A DNA stretch of 64,000 nucleotides from Candidatus Saccharimonadia bacterium (GTDB lineage Bacteria; Patescibacteriota; Saccharimonadia; UBA4664). A program made the position numbers and the translations under genes. Positions 1 to 7,465 of this stretch are shown in pieces. Where the stretch lies: contig DASXHH010000024.1 of assembly GCA_036488585.1 (NCBI GenBank), positions 85-64,084 on the forward strand. Reading direction: 5' to 3'. Under the pieces are notes generated by a model. It did not search any database. It worked only from the letters and a program-made list of their open reading frames with translations, and was not told the origin of the DNA. Every line of letters begins with the position of its first letter. The first letter of the stretch is position 1.

Positions 1-499
1 AAAGGGGGTGCATTTGGCGATTGGCGCGGTGCGTGAGTACAACCGGCAACACCAGGACGAGCTTGTGAAACTGAAAATTGCCGGCAAACATTACGCCGGA
101 CATAGCAAGGATTTATATTGGCAGGAGCAAATTTTGCCGGAGCTAGGGGGCGAGATTGAGTACGCGGGATTTATTCGTGGTGACGAGGAGAAACGGCGGT
201 TTTTGGCCAATGCCCGCGCGTTAATAATGCCGAGCACCTTTGCTGAGCCGTTTGGACTGGTAATGGCCGAAGCGCTGGCTTGTGGCACGCCGATAGTGGG
301 GCTGAACTCGGGAGCGGTGGCCGAAGTGGTGCGTGACGGCGAGACGGGATTGGTGGTGAAAGACGCGAGCGAGCTGGTGGGCGCACTGGGTCGAATAAGT
401 GAAATCGACCGCGGCCAATGCCGGGCCGATTTTGAGGGGCGTTTCACGCTCGAGCGGATGGTGCGTGAGCACGCCGAATTGTACAAAAGCTTAGTATAG
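1..499 (+). CDS. Glycosyltransferase family 1 (GT4-like), C-terminal fragment; 5' end lies outside the window
   Basis: ORF 8..499 is open to the window edge. Motif EPFGLVMAEALACGTPIV is typical of the GT1/GT4 C-terminal Rossmann domain. Confidence 0.6.
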   Translation, partial: KGVHLAIGAVREYNRQHQDELVKLKIAGKHYAGHSKDLYWQEQILPELGGEIEYAGFIRGDEEKRRFLANARALIMPSTFAEPFGLVMAEALACGTPIVGLNSGAVAEVVRDGETGLVVKDASELVGALGRISEIDRGQCRADFEGRFTLERMVREHAELYKSLV

Positions 500-504
500 G
501 TGGG

Positions 505-545
505 TCGTCGGCCCGGGCACGAAGGGTGCGCCCGGGCCGACAAGC
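505..545. terminator. GC-rich perfect 12-bp inverted repeat (GTCGGCCCGGGC ... GCCCGGGCCGAC) between convergent genes; putative bidirectional terminator without a U-tract
   Basis: Seen directly in the sequence between the stop at 499 (+) and the stop at 555 (-). Confidence 0.35.
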
Positions 546-554
546 GGTGGAGGG

Positions 555-986
555 TTAGGACGCGAGCAGGCGGAAGCGGAACTTGTGAAGTTCCTTCCAG
601 ACCCGGTGCAGGATGATGATGGCCTGGATGGCGCCGGCCGCGCCGAACATCTCGATAGTGGCCTCGTCGGCGGGGCCGGCGGGTCCGAGTGCGGGTACGG
701 TCACCTTGATGCTGCCATGATGCAGGGACAGGCGAGGCGCCAGATCGAAGTGGAGCGGGAACTCGGGGCTGTAGAAGCCCTCGGGAGTCGCCGGTTGGTG
801 GGGATCCACCAGGCTGAGATGGCTGGCCGCGGCCACGATCTCAACCATCTCCCTCGGCGTCATTGAGCATCCGAACCTGTCGGTGAACGCTCGCTGGATG
901 GCGGCGAGGGCATCCACCACGCTCTGGGCGGCGGTGCTGGATGTGCTGTCGTTGAAAGCCAAGGTGGGGGTCGCCGGTACGTCCAA
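555..986 (-). CDS. Hypothetical protein (143 aa), downstream of thyA on the same strand
   Basis: ORF only. No recognisable motif. I checked it against DHFR signatures and it is not DHFR-like. Confidence 0.3.
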   Translation of the reverse strand: MDVPATPTLAFNDSTSSTAAQSVVDALAAIQRAFTDRFGCSMTPREMVEIVAAASHLSLVDPHQPATPEGFYSPEFPLHFDLAPRLSLHHGSIKVTVPALGPAGPADEATIEMFGAAGAIQAIIILHRVWKELHKFRFRLLAS

Positions 987-1063
987 TGTTCCTCCTAAGA
1001 GGCCGGTGTTTTTGCCGACTATGCTTGATAAAGCGCTTATTACTTTATCATAATTCCTATTTT

Positions 1064-1915
1064 TTACAAGATGACCAAATCGGTCTTGATGCGCGGATGA
1101 GACACGTAGTCTTCGAGCACAAAATTTTCCTCTCGGAAGTCATCGATATTCTTCACGTCGCCCACGATCTTGAGCTTGGGAAGCGGGAAGGGCTTGCGGC
1201 GCAGCTGTTCTTTGGCGGCGTCGATGTGGTTCTTGTAGAGGTGGGCGTTACCGGCGGCAATTATCAGTTCGCGGGGCTCGGCGTCCACCAGATGCGCCAC
1301 CATGTGCAGGAGCATGGCGTACTGGGCGATGTTAAACGGCGCGCCCAAAAATACGTCCCACGAGCGTTGGTACAGCTGGAGCCGTAATTTGCCTTTGGTA
1401 AGGTCGAACTGGAACATGGTGTGGCACGGTGGCAGGCGCATATCGCCGTAATCATTGGGGTTCCAGCGCTTGTCGCCAATCTCACCCGCATTCCAGGCAC
1501 TCACGATTATGCCCTTAGAATCGGGGTTGGTCTTGAGTTCATTGATAGCCCAAGCCAGTTGATCGAATTCGGGTTGTCCGTCAGGTCGCTTCCAATGCCG
1601 CCATTGGACGCCGTAGACCCGGCCAAGGTCGTTCGAGTCCTCGTGTAAAAATCCGTCCCAGTAGTGAATATTGTGTTCGTGCAGATATGTGACGTCCGAG
1701 CTGCCCGAAATAAACCACAATAGCTCGTGAAGCAGGATCTTAAACGGCATCTTCTTGGTGGTGAGCAACGGGAAGCCGTGCCGCATGTCGAACCGCACTT
1801 GGGTGCCAAACACCGACTTGAGGCTATGAATGCCTCGGCTGGGCTTACTCTTGCCGTTTTTAATGATATCGGCCATGAGGCCTAAATATTCGTATTCTGG
1901 ATGCCGTGTCGGCAT
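1064..1915 (-). CDS. thyA: Thymidylate synthase ThyA (start at the internal ATG preceded by GGAGAGGAGG)
   Basis: LPPCHTMFQF active-site Cys motif. RSWDVFLGAPFNIAQYAMLL carries the dUMP-discriminating Asn (PFNIA). SD GGAGG lies upstream of the ATG at 1913-1915. Confidence 0.9.
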   Translation of the reverse strand: MPTRHPEYEYLGLMADIIKNGKSKPSRGIHSLKSVFGTQVRFDMRHGFPLLTTKKMPFKILLHELLWFISGSSDVTYLHEHNIHYWDGFLHEDSNDLGRVYGVQWRHWKRPDGQPEFDQLAWAINELKTNPDSKGIIVSAWNAGEIGDKRWNPNDYGDMRLPPCHTMFQFDLTKGKLRLQLYQRSWDVFLGAPFNIAQYAMLLHMVAHLVDAEPRELIIAAGNAHLYKNHIDAAKEQLRRKPFPLPKLKIVGDVKNIDDFREENFVLEDYVSHPRIKTDLVIL

Positions 1916-2082
1916 AGTCCCCTCCTCTCCCCCTATATACATAGGCAGTATAACAAACCTGCCAAGTTGTTAATTTGTGATCTGTACTGAGGAGAGTGTG
2001 GTTGTGTTTGCGTTGGTTGCGCGAGCTTGATTCCACTTGCGTACATCCGCGGTCTGTTCCAGACGGCGGACGGTCTTGGCGG

Positions 2083-2117
2083 AAAGAAAAACGGCTTCTC
2101 GCTGTTGCGAGAAGCCG
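2083..2117 (-). terminator. Rho-independent terminator for the 2179..3072 gene: 11-bp perfect stem CGGCTTCTCGC/GCGAGAAGCCG, loop TGTT, T-run on the minus strand
   Basis: Hairpin plus A-run (aaagaaaaa) on plus, which is a T-run on minus, immediately downstream of the stop at 2179. Confidence 0.55.
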
Positions 2118-2178
2118 TAGGTGCCAAGCCGGGGCCGTTGGCTGGTAGTGCCGCGGGCCCCAGCGGGGCGGGTGCGAG

Positions 2179-3072
2179 TTAGAGCTCGCTGGGGTCGTCC
2201 CAGTCGTCGGGGCTGATGTAGGCGAAGAACACCGGGACAGGCACGTCGGGCTTGCCGGCGGTCATGAGGAAGGGCCGGTTGAGCACGAGGGGCTCTGCGG
2301 TCGAGCCGAAGCACATCTCGTCCATGCCCATGGCCGAAGCTTCCTCGGCCCGGAAGCCCTTCTCGTTCATGGCCAGCTTGACCTGCATCTTGGCTTGTTG
2401 GATGATCCAGGCGCCCAGCGGTCCGGAGAGCCCGAGGTTGATGAGCCAGCTGACGTCGGGTTCGGTGTTCAGGTTCACCATCGGTACGTGGGCGCCGTTG
2501 TGCCCGGTGTAGCGGAAGCCCGGATTGTAGGTATGCAGGCCGCGGGCCAGGTGGGCTAGGTGGATCTGGTCCTTGGGCTCGTCGCACATGACGAACCGCA
2601 CGTCCAGCCCCTTCTTGGTGGATACCCGGACTACGGGGTTGGTGAACCACAAGGGCGGTTCGACCACGTCGCACCACTGGTCGCCCGAGAGCGCAAAGCC
2701 TTCGTAGGTCTGGTCTGCGCCGGTGATCGGTACGAGTTGGCCTGGGTTGACCCAGTGGTCGAGGATGTCGCTGACGCCGGCGACGCCGAAGTTGCGGCCG
2801 TTGTTGGGCCAGTCGTGGAGGTGGATGTCGAAGCCGTGCTCGGCCAGGAACCGGTTGATCTCCACGGCGGTTTCGGCGGCGATGCCCGAGACGTACTCGT
2901 CGTAGAAGGGCAGCGCCTGCAAGTAGTCGGGGAGCAAATTCACGAATCGGCTCTGCAGCCTGGAGCCGGGATGGGGTTGGGGTACCAACGTATAGTCCCC
3001 GGCGAACTTGTGGGCGGCGTAGAGCGCGGTCGCCAGTGTCATTGGGCTGAAGCCCATACTCTTACTACTCAT
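2179..3072 (-). CDS. Hypothetical protein (297 aa) with an HLHDW (HxHD) motif; function unknown
   Basis: Long ORF with a good SD (GGAGGAG) and its own terminator. No P-loop. I could not assign it to a family from the sequence. Confidence 0.55.
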   Translation of the reverse strand: MSSKSMGFSPMTLATALYAAHKFAGDYTLVPQPHPGSRLQSRFVNLLPDYLQALPFYDEYVSGIAAETAVEINRFLAEHGFDIHLHDWPNNGRNFGVAGVSDILDHWVNPGQLVPITGADQTYEGFALSGDQWCDVVEPPLWFTNPVVRVSTKKGLDVRFVMCDEPKDQIHLAHLARGLHTYNPGFRYTGHNGAHVPMVNLNTEPDVSWLINLGLSGPLGAWIIQQAKMQVKLAMNEKGFRAEEASAMGMDEMCFGSTAEPLVLNRPFLMTAGKPDVPVPVFFAYISPDDWDDPSEL

Positions 3073-3276
3073 CGATGCTCCTCCAAAGAGCGTCGTGGGT
3101 GATCAGATGGTAATAGTTTATACCATAAATGCGATGTCTAATCAAATTATAGATAGTGGGGATAGGTAAATTGGAGCAGGCGGCGTAGCCGGCGGAGTGG
3201 TCCTAGGCTAATTCCTGCATTTCAGTGCGGACGCTGAATGGGTCTGCTATTGTTAGGCTAATAAGCGGGACGGGGT

Positions 3277-4008
3277 ATGGAACATAAGGATTTCAGCGAT
3301 CTAAAGGCATTAATAATTAACTGTTCGATTACACACGACAAGACGAAATCGCACACGCAGAGGCTGCTCAATCGGGTGTCGGGTGTAATGGAGAAAGAGG
3401 GCGTGGAGGTGAGCCAGCTTTACATGTTGGAGCACAAGGTAGCTTTCGGGATGATCAAGGACGGGCGCGAAGAAGGCGTGGAGGACGAGTGGCCGGAAAT
3501 CCAGCGGCAGATTATGGCGGCGGACATTCTGGTGATCGGAACGCCCATTTGGCTGGGTGCTAAATCGAGCGTGGCGACGTTGGTGATCGAGCGGATGTAC
3601 GCGTATAGCGGCGACCGGAACGATAAGAGGCAATGGTTATATTACGGCAAGACCGGCGGGTGCGTGGTGACTGGTAACGAGGATGGGATTAAGGCTTGCG
3701 CGCGCGATATATTGTATTGCTTGCAGCACATCGGGTACATGATACCGCCGCAGGCGGATTGTGGCTGGATTGGCGAGGCTGGTCCCGGTCCGAGCTATGG
3801 TGACACTGAGTTTGAGGGCAAAAAGTTCGACCCGCCGGTGGGGTATGCGAATGATTTTACGAACCGGAATGCCACGTATATGGCGTGGAACCTGATGCAC
3901 ACGGCTCGGATGCTCAAGGACAACGGCGGGATTCCGGCAGTCGGCAACACGACCGAGGGCTGGGAGCACGTGACGAACGCCAAGCGGCAGAATCCGGAGT
4001 ACCGCTAG
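3277..4008 (+). CDS. Flavodoxin-like fold NAD(P)H-dependent FMN reductase / NAD(P)H:quinone oxidoreductase family protein
   Basis: N-terminal LKALIINCS ... ADILVIGTPIWLG pattern is typical of flavodoxin-like FMN reductases. Confidence 0.6.
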   Translation: MEHKDFSDLKALIINCSITHDKTKSHTQRLLNRVSGVMEKEGVEVSQLYMLEHKVAFGMIKDGREEGVEDEWPEIQRQIMAADILVIGTPIWLGAKSSVATLVIERMYAYSGDRNDKRQWLYYGKTGGCVVTGNEDGIKACARDILYCLQHIGYMIPPQADCGWIGEAGPGPSYGDTEFEGKKFDPPVGYANDFTNRNATYMAWNLMHTARMLKDNGGIPAVGNTTEGWEHVTNAKRQNPEYR

Positions 4009-4979
4009 ACCAGCCGACGGACGGTCTTGCCGGCTTGTTCGAGCATTTTGATGGCGTAGCCCGCACTGTGGTCTTCGCGGTAGACGACTTCGGCGATGGG
4101 CATGGCGGTGAACATGCGGGCGCAGGTGGGACATGGGAGCAGGTTGATGAAGACAGTGGTGCCGCGTAGGTCGAGGCCGGTAGAGACAGCTTTGGCTACG
4201 AGTTCGACCTCAGCGTGGTTAGTGTCGTAGTGGTTGAGGTCGTTCATGGGCGAGAAATTCAGTTCGCGGGTGGCGCCGTGGTGCCAGGCGTAGGTCTGAT
4301 ACGGAAGTACGCGGTTAAAGGCGATCTCTTTTAGGCGGTACTCACTCCCCTGCTTGAGCCCGAGTGCAACGCCGGTTTGGAATCCGTTGTCGAATGAATG
4401 AGTGGCAGCGAGGTTGGCTAGTTCAAGCATTTCGGCTTCGGAATACAGTCTTTCGTCAGATAGTTGTGGCAGTGCGGGTAACTCCGCTAAGTGCTCGAAG
4501 GCTTGGGCCTCGGCCTCGTCGGTGAAGGGCGAAACGTGATCGTAGGGAATGCGGCGGGTGGCTAAGGCGTAGTACGGCGGCTGAGTGTGAAAGAGATGCT
4601 TCCAGGAGCCGTTGACGAGTACGACCCGCTGGAGGTTGAGCTTCTCGAGAATAAATTTGAGGTCGCGCTGGAAATAGTTGAGGGTGGTGATGGTGTGCTT
4701 GGGTTTGGTGGCGTTGACCTTGGAGATGATAGGTCCGATGGCTTCGAGCTGGAGGGTCTTGAACTGGGGCTGGTCTTCGAGACCGAGGACGTAGGGCTCT
4801 TTGGCCAGGCCGAGGATGATGTTGGCCCTAGGTAGGTAAGTTTTGACGAGCTGCTTGAAGCGGGCTTGGCTAAGCTCGCGGGGGGCGGCGATGAAGATGG
4901 CGCTAAGATCGGTTAAGGGTTTCTTGGAGCCAAAAGCCAGATCGGTCCAATCATACTGCATCGGATTGCTCGCTGGCAT
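4005..4979 (-). CDS. Fusion protein: unknown N-terminal domain (~175 aa) plus a C-terminal cytidine/deoxycytidylate deaminase (CDA-fold, dCMP-deaminase-like) domain
   Basis: Zinc motifs HAEVELV and PCPTCARMF in the C-terminal half. Start may be M1 (4979) or M7 (4961). The 5' end overlaps the upstream HIT gene. Confidence 0.7.
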   Translation of the reverse strand: MPASNPMQYDWTDLAFGSKKPLTDLSAIFIAAPRELSQARFKQLVKTYLPRANIILGLAKEPYVLGLEDQPQFKTLQLEAIGPIISKVNATKPKHTITTLNYFQRDLKFILEKLNLQRVVLVNGSWKHLFHTQPPYYALATRRIPYDHVSPFTDEAEAQAFEHLAELPALPQLSDERLYSEAEMLELANLAATHSFDNGFQTGVALGLKQGSEYRLKEIAFNRVLPYQTYAWHHGATRELNFSPMNDLNHYDTNHAEVELVAKAVSTGLDLRGTTVFINLLPCPTCARMFTAMPIAEVVYREDHSAGYAIKMLEQAGKTVRRLV

Positions 4980-5493
4980 ATTTGGTTTCGTAGCGGGAGG
5001 AGAGATCGCGAATTTTCTTGGATTGGGTACGGAAAAGTTGGGCGTTTTCGAGCGGGGTGTACCTGAGCTTACGGTAGTTCCAGACGGACAGGTCGGGGCC
5101 GTCTGAGGGAATGCAGTGCATATGCAAGTGATCTTGGACGGTAGAGTTGACGGCCGCGCCGCCGTCTCGCACTACGTACTGAATGTCCTTGAGACCGTGG
5201 ACCTTACGGATGATTTTTTTAGCGATGTAGGTGAATTTTTGGACCGTGGCCCATTCGTCTGGTGTCAGCTCTTTGATGGATTTAACGTGGCGGCGCGGGA
5301 TGATCATGAGGTTGCCGTCGATGTAGGCAAAGAGCGGCACGGTGAGGACGACGCCGTTTTCCTCGTGCACGATGTATTTGTCGCGCAGGTCGCAGAAGAC
5401 GCATTTGCCCACCGTGGTCCAGATTTCGCCGTAGTAGCCGCCGGTGCGGGCGTCTCTATAATATTCCTGCTTTTGGCGTTCTTCGGGGCTCAA
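4951..5493 (-). CDS. HIT-family (histidine triad) nucleotide hydrolase/transferase with a ~30-aa N-terminal extension; probable TTG start 1 nt after the upstream stop
   Basis: HLHMHCIP histidine triad. AAGGAG lies 7 nt upstream of the TTG at 5491-5493. The ORF track's ATG at 5553 would overlap the upstream gene by 59 nt. Confidence 0.75.
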   Translation of the reverse strand: MSPEERQKQEYYRDARTGGYYGEIWTTVGKCVFCDLRDKYIVHEENGVVLTVPLFAYIDGNLMIIPRRHVKSIKELTPDEWATVQKFTYIAKKIIRKVHGLKDIQYVVRDGGAAVNSTVQDHLHMHCIPSDGPDLSVWNYRKLRYTPLENAQLFRTQSKKIRDLSSRYETKYASEQSDAV

Positions 5494-5494
5494 A

Positions 5495-6067
5495 TTAGCG
5501 CTCCTTGAGCGGATCTTTGCGCAGCTCCATGAAGTCCTTGAAGATGTCGCCAAGGTGGCCGCCGATGGCGCGCTGGACGATCTTGGTGGTGGAGATAGCG
5601 ATGGACTGGCGCTCGACCATTTTGACCTCCCCGCCGTAGTGGATGACGGTTTTGTACTCCTTGGAGTTTTTGTAGTCGCCAGTCCAGTCTTCTTGGACGG
5701 TCACGAACACGTCGGGCTTGAGCAGGCCGAGCGAGGGCGCACAGCTGGGCTCGGGCAGGATGGTGACAAAATCAACGCTTCTGAGGTAGGTGAGCATTTC
5801 GGCGCGGATTTTCTCGTCGAGGATAGGCTTATTGGGGCCTTTGACGCGGCGGATGGCCTCGTTGGAGCTGACGCCCGCTACTAGCACGTCGCCTTCGGCG
5901 CGAGCCTTCTCGAGGTAGCGGCACTGGCCGGCGTGAATGAGGTCCCAGGAACCAGCGGTGAACACCACTTTTTTGCTGCGAGCTTTGAGTTGCTCGTGTA
6001 GTTGCATGAGGTCACTTTGCGCGACTAAGCGCTTCTTCCAACTCTGCGCGACGGATGCGTCTGCCAT
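5495..6067 (-). CDS. Cytidylyltransferase-fold nucleotidyltransferase (TagD / ECT / RfaE-domain-II-like) with a variant HxGQ motif
   Basis: FTAGSWDLIHAGQ (HxGH-like, second His replaced by Gln) and a downstream ISTT motif characteristic of CTP-dependent cytidylyltransferases. Confidence 0.7.
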   Translation of the reverse strand: MADASVAQSWKKRLVAQSDLMQLHEQLKARSKKVVFTAGSWDLIHAGQCRYLEKARAEGDVLVAGVSSNEAIRRVKGPNKPILDEKIRAEMLTYLRSVDFVTILPEPSCAPSLGLLKPDVFVTVQEDWTGDYKNSKEYKTVIHYGGEVKMVERQSIAISTTKIVQRAIGGHLGDIFKDFMELRKDPLKER

Positions 6068-6094
6068 ACTCCACCTTCATATGCGTAACTTTAT

Positions 6095-7120
6095 CTATAA
6101 TACTGGTTTTGCTCCGGTGGGTGCAACGGGTGCTCCAGATTGGAGCAAGCCGCGGGCTTGGAGCAGGTCGCGGGTGCGGACGAAATGTTCGTTTTGGGGC
6201 AGGAATTCGTACGGGTTATGGCGCAGGAATTTATAGAAATCGTGGAATAGAAACAGGTTAATGAGCTCGTCGAGTAGGTTGAGGCGGCCGCGGATGATGG
6301 GGGCGCTGAAGGGCTTGGGGCCGCGTTTGTTATATCCCGCGACCAGGAAGTATTTTCGAACTTGGGCCTCGGTTTTGTACTTTGAGTCAACCAAGAGGAA
6401 GGCCAGGGTGCGGGCGATGTCGAAGACGGGGTGGCCGACGGCGGTCTTCTCGAAGTCCAGGATGCCGGAAATTTCGGGGCCGGCGGGGGTTTGGCGGAAC
6501 AGGATGTTCGAGCGGACAAAATCGAGATGCAGGATTTGCTGACGTGGAATCCGGCGGCAGAGATTGAGTAGCCCGGTGAAATGGGCGAATAGTTTGGGTT
6601 GGATGGTGAGCCCGAGCTTGGCCCCGACGGCGGCTTGGACTGCGGGATCATCGAAGTAGCGGACCATGTGAGCGGTGATTTCGAGGTAATCGATGGCGGC
6701 TTCGGGGAAATCTGATGGGGGCGTGAGGTCGGCGAGCTCGGCGTGGAGGTGGCTGAGGGCAGCGCCGAGGAGTTTGAGGTGACGCCGAGTGTAAGCTTCC
6801 CAGGGGATGGTGGCGCCGGGCAAGTAGGTGTAGAGCGCGGTGTAGCGCAGGTAATGATCGTTTTTGAGCTGGGTGATAGGTCCGAGTGTGCGGCGGGTGG
6901 GCAAGCCGTGAACAGCCAGCGTATCGGACACGAAGTTAGCGCGGCGGATGCGCTCGAGGATGCCCGGTTCGCGCTTGTACACGATGAGGTTCACCGGCTC
7001 GCCGCTGGTGGGTGTAATGCGGTACGAATGGTTGCGGTAACCGCTTTGGCGCTCGGCGACGGCGAGCGGTTCCAGTCCGTACTCGCGGGCGATCCTGGTG
7101 ATGAGCTCGGGGGTGGTCAT
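6095..7120 (-). CDS. Aminoglycoside phosphotransferase (APH) / choline-ethanolamine kinase-like fold small-molecule kinase
   Basis: HLDFVRSNILF (HxDxxxxN catalytic loop) and ILDFEKTAVGHPVFDIA (DFE/DFG-like motif). Confidence 0.7.
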   Translation of the reverse strand: MTTPELITRIAREYGLEPLAVAERQSGYRNHSYRITPTSGEPVNLIVYKREPGILERIRRANFVSDTLAVHGLPTRRTLGPITQLKNDHYLRYTALYTYLPGATIPWEAYTRRHLKLLGAALSHLHAELADLTPPSDFPEAAIDYLEITAHMVRYFDDPAVQAAVGAKLGLTIQPKLFAHFTGLLNLCRRIPRQQILHLDFVRSNILFRQTPAGPEISGILDFEKTAVGHPVFDIARTLAFLLVDSKYKTEAQVRKYFLVAGYNKRGPKPFSAPIIRGRLNLLDELINLFLFHDFYKFLRHNPYEFLPQNEHFVRTRDLLQARGLLQSGAPVAPTGAKPVL

Positions 7121-7140
7121 GCAGGGATTATATCTGATAG

Positions 7141-7407
7141 CTAACCGAATCGCTTGATGGCGCGAGCCTTGGCCTTGGCAGCTTCAACCCCACGGTCGCG
7201 GGGTGGGGCGGTGGTGACGAGCGCATCGATGAGGTGCCTGGCAGAATGCGAGAATTCGGCCACGGCCTGGTCGAAGGCCGGCTGGTTGACTGCTGATGGC
7301 TTGGTGAAGCCTGATAGCTTGCGAGCAAATTGCAGCGCGGCTTCGTGAATCTCAGCGTCGGTGGCGGGTGGGTCAAAATTGAATAATGGTTTAATATTTC
7401 GGCACAT
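7141..7407 (-). CDS. DUF2277-like small protein (starts MCRNIKPLFNF)
   Basis: Internal ATG at 7405-7407 preceded by AAGGAG. The MCRNI N-terminus is typical of DUF2277. The longer ORF-track start would overlap the rplA terminator. Confidence 0.55.
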   Translation of the reverse strand: MCRNIKPLFNFDPPATDAEIHEAALQFARKLSGFTKPSAVNQPAFDQAVAEFSHSARHLIDALVTTAPPRDRGVEAAKAKARAIKRFG

Positions 7408-7444
7408 AACAAAACTCCTTGATCTGTATTGTACAGACAAGGAG
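7408..7444 (-). terminator. Putative terminator after rplA: stem CTCCTTG/CAAGGAG with T-run. Its 3' arm doubles as the SD (AAGGAG) of the DUF2277 gene.
   Basis: Inverted repeat with 16-nt loop followed on minus by TTTTGTT, then the ATG. Confidence 0.45.
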
Positions 7445-7465
7445 CTTTGCTTGGTTTGTATTTGG

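Noticed and set aside
555-986. 143-aa gene after thyA as a dihydrofolate reductase (thyA-folA operon)
   Set aside because: None of the DHFR motifs are present (PW ... DL ... F N-terminus, GRKT, VIGG).
1064-1915. Possibility that the ThyA homolog is a CMP/dCMP hydroxymethylase (MilA-like) feeding a nucleoside-antibiotic or DNA-hypermodification pathway with the neighbouring deaminase/kinase genes
   Set aside because: The substrate-discriminating residue is Asn (PFNIAQY) and the rest matches dUMP-specific ThyA, so it is ordinary thymidylate synthase.
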